40,471 nt of DNA, from positions 1 to 40,471 of IMG/VR virus record IMGVR_UViG_2547132281_000014; one strand, given 5' to 3'. This DNA comes from a virus (lineage: Duplodnaviria; Heunggongvirae; Uroviricota; Caudoviricetes). Made by a program: the position numbers and the translations under genes. Of the stretch, positions 1-7,731 are shown piece by piece. How positions within the stretch are numbered: the stretch's first letter is position 1; the number at the start of each line of letters is the position of its first letter. The notes under the pieces are model-generated. The model worked only from the letters and a program-made list of their open reading frames with translations, was not told the origin of the DNA and ran no database searches.

Positions 1-1254
1 ATGCTGGAACAAATGGGCATTGCCGCGAAGCAAGCCTCGTATAAATTAGCGCAACTCTCCAGCCGCGAAAAAAATCGCGTGCTGGAAAAAATCGCCGATG
101 AACTGGAAGCACAAAGCGAAATCATCCTCAACGCTAACGCCCAGGATGTTGCTGACGCGCGTGCCAATGGCCTTGGCGAAGCGATGCTTGACCGTCTGGC
201 ACTGACGCCCGCACGGCTGAAAGGCATTGCCGATGATGTGCGCCAGGTGTGTAACCTCGCCGATCCGGTGGGGCAGGTAATCGATGGCAGCGTACTGGAC
301 AGCGGCCTGCGTCTTGAGCGTCGTCGCGTACCGCTGGGGGTTATTGGCGTGATTTATGAAGCGCGCCCGAACGTGACGGTTGATGTCGCTTCGCTGTGCC
401 TGAAAACCGGTAACGCAGTGATTCTGCGTGGCGGTAAAGAAACCTGTCGCACTAACGCGGCAACGGTGGCGGTGATTCAGGACGCCCTGAAATCCTGTGG
501 CTTACCGGTGGGTGCCGTGCAGGCGATTGATAATCCTGACCGTGCGCTGGTCAGTGAAATGCTGCGTATGGATAAATACATCGACATGCTGATCCCGCGT
601 GGTGGCGCTGGTTTGCATAAACTGTGCCGCGAACAGTCGACGATCCCGGTGATCACAGGTGGTATAGGCGTATGCCATATTTATGTTGATGAAAGTGTAG
701 AGATTGCTGAAGCATTAAAAGTGATCGTCAACGCGAAAACTCAGCGTCCGAGCACATGTAATACGGTAGAAACGTTGCTGGTGAATAAAAACATCGCCGA
801 TAGCTTCCTGCCCGCATTAAGCAAACAAATGGAGGAAAGCGGCGTGGCATTACACGCAGATGCAGCTGCGCTGGCGCAGTTGCAGACAGGCCCCGCGAAG
901 GTGGTGGCTGTTAAAGCGGAAGAGTATGACGATGAGTTTCTGTCATTAGATTTGAACGTCAAAATCGTCAGTGATCTTGACGATGCCATCGCCCATATTC
1001 GTGAACACGGCACACAACACTCCGATGCGATCCTGACCCGCGATATGCGCAACGCCCAGCGTTTTGTTAACGAAGTGGATTCGTCCGCTGTTTACGTTAA
1101 CGCCTCTACGCGTTTTACCGACGGCGGCCAGTTTGGACTAGGTGCGGAAGTGGCGGTAAGCACACAAAAACTCCACGCGCGTGGCCCAATGGGGCTGGAA
1201 GCACTGACCACTTACAAGTGGATCGGTATTGGTGATTACACCATTCGTGCGTAA
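1..1254 (+). CDS. proA: Gamma-glutamyl phosphate reductase (glutamate-5-semialdehyde dehydrogenase), full length 417 aa
   Basis: Complete ORF from ATG at 1. The translation ([25 protein letters not shown]...[15 protein letters not shown]) matches E. coli ProA as I recall it. It is followed by thrW, as in the proBA-thrW locus. Confidence 0.97.
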   Translation: MLEQMGIAAKQASYKLAQLSSREKNRVLEKIADELEAQSEIILNANAQDVADARANGLGEAMLDRLALTPARLKGIADDVRQVCNLADPVGQVIDGSVLDSGLRLERRRVPLGVIGVIYEARPNVTVDVASLCLKTGNAVILRGGKETCRTNAATVAVIQDALKSCGLPVGAVQAIDNPDRALVSEMLRMDKYIDMLIPRGGAGLHKLCREQSTIPVITGGIGVCHIYVDESVEIAEALKVIVNAKTQRPSTCNTVETLLVNKNIADSFLPALSKQMEESGVALHADAAALAQLQTGPAKVVAVKAEEYDDEFLSLDLNVKIVSDLDDAIAHIREHGTQHSDAILTRDMRNAQRFVNEVDSSAVYVNASTRFTDGGQFGLGAEVAVSTQKLHARGPMGLEALTTYKWIGIGDYTIRA

Positions 1255-1368
1255 ATAAAACCGGGTGATGCAAAAGTAGCCATTTGATTCACAAGGCCAT
1301 TGACGCATCGCCCGGTTAGTTTTAACCTTGTCCACCGTGATTCACGTTCGTGAACATGTCCTTTCAGG

Positions 1369-1444
1369 GCCGATATAGCTCAGTTGGTAGAGCAGCGCAT
1401 TCGTAATGCGAAGGTCGTAGGTTCGACTCCTATTATCGGCACCA
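1369..1444 (+). tRNA. thrW: tRNA-Thr (anticodon CGU)
   Basis: 76-nt cloverleaf: acceptor GCCGATA/TATCGGC, D-arm AGCTCAGTTGGTAGAGC, anticodon loop with CGT, T-arm GGTTCGACTCC, encoded CCA end. An integrase stop codon lies 14 bp downstream. Confidence 0.96.
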
Positions 1445-1458
1445 TTTAAATCAATAAG

Positions 1459-2622
1459 TTACACATCATTAGTACCTTCCTTATTTTTTGACTGGGACAA
1501 ATTTGGGACCGATGGGTTTAGGATCGAGTCTATTTGCCGTGCGTGTTCGGTAAGGTGATTAGGTGCAAGGTGAGCATATCGACGAACCATTTCGATAGAC
1601 TCCCAGCCTCCCATTTCCTGTAACACTGACAACGGGACTCCGGCTTGAACTAGCCAACTTGCCCAGGTGTGTCTCAAGTCGTGAAATCTGAAATCATCAA
1701 TACCAGCCCGTCTCAGCGCCGCTTTCCAGGCTGTGTTTGCGTCATACCGCATCTTCCTGACTGTTGGCGCTTTCGTTCCGTCTGGTTTGGTACAGCTTTC
1801 CTTGTACACAAATACCCAACGGTGATGATTCCCGATTTGTTTTTTCAATACGCGACATGCAGTATCATTCAGCGCAACGCCAATTGCGCGGTTTGATTTA
1901 CTCTCTTCCGGGTTTATCCATGCCACCCGGCGCTGCATATCTATTTGTTGCCATTCAAGGTTGATGATGTTCGAGCGTCTTAGGCCTGTTGCCAGTGCAA
2001 ATTCAACAACAGACTTTAATGGCTCCGGACATTCATCAATCAGCCTTTGTGCTTCATGGGGCTCCAGCCAGCGGATCCGTTTATTCTTTGGTTGGGGCAC
2101 TTTAATAATTGGTGCCTTATCCAGCATTTTCCATTCACGCTCTGCGGCTCTTAGTAGGGCCTTTATAAATGAAAGATGCGTAGCCTTCGTTGCAACGGAC
2201 GCTGGTTTTGGCGTGTATTCTGGAACAGGTTTCCCTTTTTTTCTGCATGCTTCTGCCCTGAGTTTCCAGTTTTCCTCATGACGCCGGTTCGTCATTTTCT
2301 GCATTGCTGAATAAATTTTTGATTCAGTAATGTCTCTTAGTTGCATTCCTGCGAAATGTTGAAGCCAGAATCCGATCCGGCTTTTGTCATCGTCCAGTGA
2401 TTTTTTATGTGCTTTCTCTTCAAGCCACCTGACACACGCTTCCTCGAACGTTATATCAGGTATTTCACCAAGTTTGCTGACCCGCCATGCTTCAGCCTTT
2501 AGCTTGTCATGGAGTTCTGTCGCCTGCCTTTTGTCCTTTGTTCCAAGAGACTGTTTAAATCTTTTACCGTTCGGCAATGTGAAACTGGCGTACCATATTT
2601 CACCTCTGCGGAAGAGTGACAT
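1459..2622 (-). CDS. int: Tyrosine integrase, P22/SfV-type (thrW-specific)
   Basis: 387-aa ORF. N-terminus [46 protein letters not shown] is near-identical to P22 Int as I recall it. C-terminal catalytic motifs [10 protein letters not shown] and [15 protein letters not shown] are present. Adjacent to a tRNA. Confidence 0.96.
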   Translation of the reverse strand: MSLFRRGEIWYASFTLPNGKRFKQSLGTKDKRQATELHDKLKAEAWRVSKLGEIPDITFEEACVRWLEEKAHKKSLDDDKSRIGFWLQHFAGMQLRDITESKIYSAMQKMTNRRHEENWKLRAEACRKKGKPVPEYTPKPASVATKATHLSFIKALLRAAEREWKMLDKAPIIKVPQPKNKRIRWLEPHEAQRLIDECPEPLKSVVEFALATGLRRSNIINLEWQQIDMQRRVAWINPEESKSNRAIGVALNDTACRVLKKQIGNHHRWVFVYKESCTKPDGTKAPTVRKMRYDANTAWKAALRRAGIDDFRFHDLRHTWASWLVQAGVPLSVLQEMGGWESIEMVRRYAHLAPNHLTEHARQIDSILNPSVPNLSQSKNKEGTNDV

Positions 2623-2849
2623 TTTCTTTCCTCTGTTATGCCATCACCCGCGCTCACCTGGACAGTATGCAGCGGAGACTGAAGAGCCGCAATGCAGGCT
2701 TGTCGTGTTGTGAGGTAAGGAGATTTATTCTTAGTGGGATCTTTGCGTGTTGCCTGAAGACGCCCTGTGCGTATCCAGTTAATGGCAGTCGGTCTGGATA
2801 TCTTGAGAAAATGACAGGCCTCATCGAGTGTGAGGCTGTATGGCTCCAT
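2499..2849 (-). CDS. xis: Excisionase, P22 Xis-like (116 aa)
   Basis: Internal ATG of the 144-aa track ORF gives [38 protein letters not shown]..., an HTH excisionase resembling P22 Xis. It overlaps the int 5' end, as in P22. Confidence 0.85.
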   Translation of the reverse strand: MEPYSLTLDEACHFLKISRPTAINWIRTGRLQATRKDPTKNKSPYLTTRQACIAALQSPLHTVQVSAGDGITEERKCHSSAEVKYGTPVSHCRTVKDLNSLLEQRTKGRRQNSMTS

Positions 2850-3154
2850 TATTTCACCTCTTGCTGTGACATTGTTGAAAAATGGATACCAGCTCGTTGC
2901 TGCCAGACGATCCAACCGAGAGTCATATCCCATGCCATGTATTCGTTATCGCCGTTTTTTGCTCTCCGACGATCTACTAAGTCACCGAAACGCTTTTCCA
3001 TGAATAATTCATAAGCTTCGCGTTCATCTGGTTCTACTTCCAGAGATAGGAGTGCGATTTCATAAGCACGGCGCTCAATATCGTCTCGCACGTCAAGGCT
3101 GCTGATACGCTCTTTAATTTCTTTAATCAGTTCTTTGTCGGTAAAAGTGGTCAT
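2849..3154 (-). CDS. yfdT: Hypothetical early-left protein, YfdT-like (101 aa)
   Basis: ORF abuts its neighbours (stop/start overlaps). Its size and its position after a DUF551 gene match my recollection of the CPS-53 yfdP-yfdT order. Function unknown. Confidence 0.55.
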   Translation of the reverse strand: MTTFTDKELIKEIKERISSLDVRDDIERRAYEIALLSLEVEPDEREAYELFMEKRFGDLVDRRRAKNGDNEYMAWDMTLGWIVWQQRAGIHFSTMSQQEVK

Positions 3155-3516
3155 TATGCTCCAGCCTCCGGTGCTTTTGGCATTACTGCCCAGTGAGTGA
3201 TATTGACGTTTTCAAGGTCCCCGACCTGAAATGTCCACTGCCATTCTCCGGTTTCTTTTTGTCCCCAGGTGTACCAGAGAGAACGCCAGCCAATTAGCCA
3301 GCCTTCTCCGTTAGCATCGAATAACAAAACACTTTCATTTGCTGGTGGCAGTTCAGTTGACACTGGTATTACTTTGTTTTCCTGTGCTGCACATTTAGCT
3401 TCAAGCGCATCGAATTTACGCACCAGGTATTCAGCATCTGTTTCATTTACTTTCAGATCTCGCGGTACACATCTCCCACGAAGAAACCCTTCCATTTCGA
3501 AAACATTCATGCGCAT
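3154..3516 (-). CDS. yfdS: DUF551-type phage protein, YfdS-like (120 aa)
   Basis: C-terminal WLIGWRSLWYTWGQKETGEWQW...ITHWAVMPKAP is the Trp-rich DUF551 signature. The ORF overlaps both flanking genes. Confidence 0.7.
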   Translation of the reverse strand: MRMNVFEMEGFLRGRCVPRDLKVNETDAEYLVRKFDALEAKCAAQENKVIPVSTELPPANESVLLFDANGEGWLIGWRSLWYTWGQKETGEWQWTFQVGDLENVNITHWAVMPKAPEAGA

Positions 3517-4043
3517 TTGCGTAACTCCGATAACTCGTTAAAGCGTTCCATAAACATCCCGTAGGCATGGCCCGGTGCCAGTGGAATCACGTTGAACATC
3601 TCTGTTGCCGGGATATCTTCCAGTACAGGCCAGAAAGAGCCATCATCAAGCCCGAGATCGCGGCGTTCGGTTGCCAGCATGATGAGATCGGCATATTTCA
3701 CGGGCGTACTCATAACTGGCGGTAACCCGTATTTCTCACGGATTACGGCGTCTATTTTTTCTTCCATTTGTTTATAGTCAGGAAGAAGGCGTTTCAGTGG
3801 TGCGGGAATGTCCTGGCAATACGCTTCTGTTGCATCATGCATTAACGCTTCAAAAGCAAATTCCTGCGGCACCAGCTGGCTGCAAAGAACCGCATGTTGG
3901 GCGACGCTGTAGAAGTGCGAAAGATGACCGGCAAAGCGACAGATATTTGAAAGGGAAACCGCGATATCGTTAATATCGATGTCGTCTTTATTTATCCTGT
4001 CATAATAAAAATGCTTCCCGGAAAAAGTTTTAATAAATGACAT
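3507..4043 (-). CDS. yfdR: HD-domain phosphohydrolase (5'-deoxynucleotidase-like), YfdR-like (178 aa)
   Basis: Start moved to the ATG at 4043, which is preceded by GGAGAA. HD-superfamily pattern RFAGH...HD(ATEAY). The 178-aa length matches my recollection of K-12 YfdR. Confidence 0.78.
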   Translation of the reverse strand: MSFIKTFSGKHFYYDRINKDDIDINDIAVSLSNICRFAGHLSHFYSVAQHAVLCSQLVPQEFAFEALMHDATEAYCQDIPAPLKRLLPDYKQMEEKIDAVIREKYGLPPVMSTPVKYADLIMLATERRDLGLDDGSFWPVLEDIPATEMFNVIPLAPGHAYGMFMERFNELSELRKCA

Positions 4044-4136
4044 TTTGTTCTCCACGTATATGCGCTGCACCGCGCTGAATTCTGGTAAAAAGAATCCCTC
4101 ACCATCCGGCGATTATTGAGTAAATTACGTTTCCAT

Positions 4137-4158
4137 AAATGCCCCCGCAGGGGCATTT
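4137..4158. terminator. Intergenic 9-bp perfect hairpin (AAATGCCCC-cgca-GGGGCATTT) between the yfdQ-like and yfdR-like genes
   Basis: Perfect inverted repeat read directly in the sequence. No strong U-tract on either strand, so it may be an intra-operon attenuator or RNA-stability element rather than a full terminator. Confidence 0.3.
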
Positions 4159-4170
4159 GCAGTAATGAAA

Positions 4171-4995
4171 TCAGGCGGTGAAAGTACCAATAAAGGTTTC
4201 TACTTTGCTGTCCTTGAATTTCTCAACAAGCAGATCACGAAATTCGTTAGCCATTTCTTCCTGCACCGCCTCCAGCTGAATAATGCGCAGAACCAGTACA
4301 GGACGATCGCCAGTGATAATACTGAGGCGTAATTTAAACGGACGTTCTTTCAGACCTTCAAACGGAACGCATTTAAATTCAAATGCCACTGGCATAATGT
4401 CTTTGGTCTTCGCTTCGACAGACTCCATCAGGGAGCGTTTGCCGCTGAAGTCATTATCTTCAAAATCAGCGGTCTGGTTTGCTTCAATCGTGATTTTACG
4501 GACAGCCGCAGCCGCTTTTGTTGCCTGAATAGCGTCACCATTAGCATCAAAGCCCACAAGATAGTCGGCCCAGTCTTCAATCCATTCTGCTAGTGACTTC
4601 TGGGAGTTACGCTCGCCGTTAACAGACAACAGAGCAGAGAACGGTGCTGTCTTTTTCAGTTTGAGTGTGGCGGTGTTATCTGCGTGACCTGGTTCATCAA
4701 TAGTACCCAGGTTAAGCACACTGACGGCACGCATATTATCAGCATCGATAAAGCAGCGGGTGCCTTCATCTGCAAGATCTTTAGAATAACGGGTAAAGTC
4801 ATCGATGCTGGCAGTGGAAAGCGCACCACGGAAACGGAAGCGATTTAAATTAAATTTTTCCAGATCATGAATGCGGAAATTCTCAGGCAATGCCACAGCA
4901 TCGGCACCAATCTTACTGATAATTTCATTAACACCCTGAGCAGAAATAAGGGCATGGATTTGATTAATTGCGGTTGCGTCTAAGTTCTGAGACAT
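4171..4995 (-). CDS. yfdQ: YfdQ-like (DUF2303-type) phage protein, 274 aa
   Basis: Clean 274-aa ORF preceded by an SD sequence (GAGGA). Length and position match my recollection of CPS-53 yfdQ. Function unknown. Confidence 0.7.
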   Translation of the reverse strand: MSQNLDATAINQIHALISAQGVNEIISKIGADAVALPENFRIHDLEKFNLNRFRFRGALSTASIDDFTRYSKDLADEGTRCFIDADNMRAVSVLNLGTIDEPGHADNTATLKLKKTAPFSALLSVNGERNSQKSLAEWIEDWADYLVGFDANGDAIQATKAAAAVRKITIEANQTADFEDNDFSGKRSLMESVEAKTKDIMPVAFEFKCVPFEGLKERPFKLRLSIITGDRPVLVLRIIQLEAVQEEMANEFRDLLVEKFKDSKVETFIGTFTA

Positions 4996-5060
4996 AATAA
5001 GTCCTCACTATATAAAGATATTCAGTGATGAGATAAATAATCAGTTAATTAAAAACGATA

Positions 5061-5423
5061 TTAACGACCTGCTGCGCGGAGTTTTCCGTCAGGTTCACCG
5101 GCAAGAGTCAGTAACTGTCCCTGGTCTTCCTGCAGAATAGTCAGGCGACCACCGCGATTGACATACATCGGCGTTTCGGTGGTGTCTTCTTCGGAAATTT
5201 TCCCGCGGTTAGTCGGGCGAACATATGAGAGTTTGTGTTTGATTTTCACTCGGTTCTCATCAAACGGTTCGATTTCCAGGTTGAGCGAGACCTTACCTTT
5301 GGTTTTCGTGTTCATCACACCGGAAGCGACTTCACTGAGAACTGCGCCGATTTTGGTTTCAAATACGCCGCCGTCCAGCTCCCCGATAAATGCCTGCACA
5401 TCAGTACTGCGTTCGCTAGCCAT
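5061..5423 (-). CDS. yfdP: YfdP-like small phage protein (120 aa)
   Basis: The track ORF (226 aa) is trimmed to the ATG at 5423, which is preceded by GAGGAG. The downstream 120 aa (MASERSTDVQAFIGELDGGVFETK...) look protein-like. The upstream 106 codons are Arg/Pro/Cys-rich nonsense. Confidence 0.65.
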   Translation of the reverse strand: MASERSTDVQAFIGELDGGVFETKIGAVLSEVASGVMNTKTKGKVSLNLEIEPFDENRVKIKHKLSYVRPTNRGKISEEDTTETPMYVNRGGRLTILQEDQGQLLTLAGEPDGKLRAAGR

Positions 5424-5439
5424 TTTGCTGCTCCTCATC

Positions 5440-5760
5440 ATATCGACTCTGCAAGGTCGGTTAGTTTCTCCACAAAACAGAGAAGAACACCTGCGGTGAC
5501 TGCCGCCCGGATGGATTGGGTTATGAGCCCGTCGTCCGGTGATGCTCTTCTCTGTTTTGTAAAAAGGACGGTACCAGCCGGAAGCAAGGGTACAAGCTGG
5601 TACCGCCAAGACTACACACAGCATCAAGTTGTGGTGCCGGGTGCCTCCCGGTGCCTGGCGAAGGTTGCACACCAGGCGGGTGGGTATCCACAGAAGGTCG
5701 ACTGTCAGCCTCAACCTTAACCCGCGTGCGCTGAGCCGCATTCACCACAACGCTAAGGAT
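5440..5760. ncRNA. Candidate structured non-coding element (strand and class unknown)
   Basis: No credible ORF in any frame. Locally GC-rich inside AT-rich accessory DNA. Perfect helices: 15 bp (5472-5486/5546-5560), 10 bp (5569-5578/5596-5605), 5 bp (5637-5641/5647-5651) and 6 bp (5653-5658/5672-5677). Confidence 0.3.
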
Positions 5761-5824
5761 TCTCTCTGGTTGAAAATACTTAGCTGTTATGTGCCTGCTT
5801 TTAGCCACATCAGGCGAGGTGGAC

Positions 5825-5876
5825 CTGGTTATTCCCCAACAACAAGGATTCGGTTAATCTGGTTATCCCCAACAAC
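5825..5876 (+). repeat. Two direct repeats, CTGGTTAT(T)CCCCAACAAC, 34 bp apart, immediately upstream of the 144-aa ORF
   Basis: Copies at 5825-5843 and 5859-5876 differ by a single-T indel. A possible -10 element TAATCT (5855-5860) lies between them. Confidence 0.6.
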
Positions 5877-5891
5877 GCAAAAGGAAAAGAA

Positions 5892-6326
5892 ATGTCCGGT
5901 AATATCTATACGCTGTACAAATCCCACTGTGAAAATGTTGGAAAGTATCGGGGCATTGAAATCAGTGGGGTAGTGTCATCAGTCGAAATAAGCAAAGTTG
6001 AATCAAGGGCAACATTACTTACTCTTTTGGACCTTGTCTTACATGAGCACCGGAAGAAATTCGGCACTCCCTATAATCAGTTGAATGGGAAAAAGGCTCT
6101 GGTTCACCTTATTCTGATGAAGCATCACTGGATGCCAAAACAGATTAATGAGATGAAATTTGATGAACTTCTTCTTTCAATTCAGGATGAACTCACACTT
6201 GATAAAATAAGCGTAACCGCCCAGAAATTTTTAGATTATCGAGACTGGAGAGCACAAATTCATCACTTTGATGATTTTGACGAAAATGAATGGGATCCTA
6301 ATTTGTCTGCACAATATCTAAAGTAA
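5892..6326 (+). CDS. Hypothetical 144-aa protein, oriented against the early-left operon (moron-like)
   Basis: ATG preceded by AAGGA with 6-nt spacing. AT-rich codon usage unlike the phage core. Mostly helical-looking sequence with an acidic C-terminus (HHFDDFDENEWDP). No family recognised. Confidence 0.55.
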   Translation: MSGNIYTLYKSHCENVGKYRGIEISGVVSSVEISKVESRATLLTLLDLVLHEHRKKFGTPYNQLNGKKALVHLILMKHHWMPKQINEMKFDELLLSIQDELTLDKISVTAQKFLDYRDWRAQIHHFDDFDENEWDPNLSAQYLK

Positions 6327-6504
6327 CATCCTGTGATAAAACCGTGATTTCCTGATCCAGTTTTTTTAAGGAGTCTATTGTTTCCTGTCGATAAGACAGC
6401 ACTTCACGAAGCTGGTTTATAGCTGCCAGCTTCTTTGTCATCCACTCATAAATTTCCTCATCTGTGTAGCCAGGCGCGACGATTTTGGGTTCTGTTTTGT
6501 GCAT
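6298..6504 (-). CDS. Hypothetical 68-aa coiled-coil protein, first ORF downstream of pL
   Basis: ATG at 6504 is preceded by GAGGAG. The track start at 6519 is a TTG and is less likely. The 3' end overlaps the convergent 144-aa gene by 29 bp. Confidence 0.5.
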   Translation of the reverse strand: MHKTEPKIVAPGYTDEEIYEWMTKKLAAINQLREVLSYRQETIDSLKKLDQEITVLSQDVTLDIVQTN

Positions 6505-6563
6505 TTCACATCTCCTCAAGTTATCAGTTACTTGTTGATGGGGACCAGATTGTTAAAGAGCTA

Positions 6564-6586
6564 AGCGTCCTGTAGGGCGCTTTTTT
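6564..6586 (+). terminator. Rho-independent terminator, functional orientation on the + strand
   Basis: AGCGTCC-tgta-GGGCGCT followed by TTTTTT. The stem contains a G-U pair on the + strand that becomes a C-A mismatch on the minus strand. The minus strand also lacks a U-tract. Confidence 0.65.
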
Positions 6587-6668
6587 GTTGCTAACGAATC
6601 ATCCTGGACTTCATATGCCCCAGGCGGCTACTTCGTGGGCGTCCTGCCTGTTCGTTGTCGGCAAAATG

Positions 6669-6710
6669 ATATTGCTACTTAAAGTTGCAAAAATCAACTA
6701 CAAAAAGTAG
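6669..6710 (-). promoter_or_regulatory. Putative pL with two operators (OL)
   Basis: Minus strand: TTGATT (6697-6692), 17-bp spacer, CAATAT (6674-6669). Operators CTACTTAAAGTTG (6675-6687) and CTACAAAAAGTAG (6698-6710) are 23 bp centre to centre. This mirrors the pR/OR layout. Confidence 0.6.
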
Positions 6711-7016
6711 AAGTTAAGGGCATAAAAACGCATTTTGAAATTAATTCATTGAATTTACAGGTAAAATATTTTGGGGGCTATGATCAAAAAATTATATTGT
6801 GAAGTTAGCTGAGTTGTAGAACGTGATGGATTGTTTCATTGTGGCTGAGATCAGTATGTGATCTAGTTAATCATCAAGTGGGGAGAAGTCAATCATGAGA
6901 GTATTGTTGAGTTTTTGGAGGCTAAGTGTAAAACGGTAGGGAATTTACTACTCAATGGATTGTGTGATTTAGCCTCGATAGTAAGAAAACTAGGGCAGGT
7001 CATAGTCAAAAACTTA

Positions 7017-7424
7017 TCAAAACATAAATTTGGCGAGACCTAAAATCGCCAAGCCTGTTGCAACAGTCCATGCGATCTGTTTATTTACGGCTGATGAAAT
7101 AGCGCTGTTGACTTCACTTAGGCTAGGTTTTTTTGACAACTTTTCATCTATATCTATTTGTTTTTGAAGGATAACAGCGACATCGCGTCGGGTGTCGGAG
7201 AGAGCGTTTCGCAAATCACGAATGTCAGCTCTCATCTCTGCGAGATTTGTTTTTATATCCTCAACATTCGCTTCTAACTTAGCGACTCGGGCTTCAAGCA
7301 TGTCATCACCTCCGCCATCTCCACCGTGTCTTCTAATTGTGGGAAGTTCACTATTAAATGGTACTACATTATTTTGCGGCGTCGGCATTTTTTTCATCTT
7401 CCGTTTTTGCTGGGAACTTTTCAT
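7017..7424 (-). CDS. Tail-anchored coiled-coil membrane protein (up to 135 aa; start uncertain), last gene of the cI operon
   Basis: Heptad-like segment LEARVAKLEANVEDIKTNLAEMRADIRDLRNAL. Single hydrophobic helix at the extreme C-terminus (IAWTVATGLAILGLAKFMF). Alternative ATGs lie at 7397, 7388 and 7301; the one at 7301 has the best SD, GGAGGT. Confidence 0.55.
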   Translation of the reverse strand: MKSSQQKRKMKKMPTPQNNVVPFNSELPTIRRHGGDGGGDDMLEARVAKLEANVEDIKTNLAEMRADIRDLRNALSDTRRDVAVILQKQIDIDEKLSKKPSLSEVNSAISSAVNKQIAWTVATGLAILGLAKFMF

Positions 7425-7716
7425 TTACCCAGTTCAAAACTGAAAACGCATTTATATGAATTTCATTTCCACAATTGTTGCATATTAGTGAAAAGTAATA
7501 CTGGTTAGCAGTATCAGAATAAATGCTTTTTTCAGTAAAAACATTCACATAACTACCAAGTTTCATAGTACATGGCATGCCCACATTCGCGCTGACTTGA
7601 GGCACAGTCAATCTGTCGTGTCCACATAGTGTACATTTTAGATATATATTCTTTTCTGAGAAATAAGAGACCAACATATCCATGTTAATCTTTTCGAATC
7701 CCTGCTCACTAGCCAT
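7369..7716 (-). CDS. Zinc-ribbon-like 115-aa protein immediately downstream of cI
   Basis: ATG at 7716 is preceded by AAGGG and lies 15 nt after the cI stop. Two CxxC pairs are present (CTLC and CNNC). No family recognised. Confidence 0.6.
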   Translation of the reverse strand: MASEQGFEKINMDMLVSYFSEKNIYLKCTLCGHDRLTVPQVSANVGMPCTMKLGSYVNVFTEKSIYSDTANQYYFSLICNNCGNEIHINAFSVLNWVNEKFPAKTEDEKNADAAK

Positions 7717-7731
7717 TATATGCCCTTAGAA

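Noticed and set aside
1258-1368. Inverted repeats between proA and thrW (AAACCGGGTGATGC...GCATCGCCCGGTT, and TTCACGTTCGTGAA)
   Set aside because: They are most simply the proA terminator and thrW promoter-region structures of the host locus. Nothing links them to the prophage.
5424-5741. N-terminal 106 codons of the 226-aa track ORF 5061..5741
   Set aside because: The upstream extension is Arg/Cys/Pro-rich nonsense. The internal ATG at 5423 has a GAGGAG SD and yields a 120-aa protein consistent with YfdP-like proteins. The open frame reflects only the stop-poor, GC-rich structured region.
5440-5760. Retron msr-msd interpretation of the hairpin-rich element
   Set aside because: No reverse transcriptase ORF exists anywhere in the window. 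I could not identify the a1/a2 flanking inverted repeats or the branching-G context.
5825-5891. Type III toxin-antitoxin idea (tandem RNA repeats upstream of a small toxin, ToxIN/AbiQ style)
   Set aside because: Only two repeat copies are present, and only ~19 nt of each ~34-nt unit is conserved. No terminator separates the repeats from the ORF. The 144-aa protein does not resemble ToxN/AbiQ as I recall them. Protein-binding sites in a promoter are the simpler reading. The idea is kept only as a remote possibility.
6780-6939. Mini-ORFs MIKKLYCEVS (6780) and MRVLLSFWRLSVKR (6895) as type I toxin candidates
   Set aside because: They are too short and not hydrophobic enough for Hok/Ldr/Ibs-like toxins. 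No obvious antisense RNA promoter or terminator pair is present. They are mentioned only within the spacer finding.
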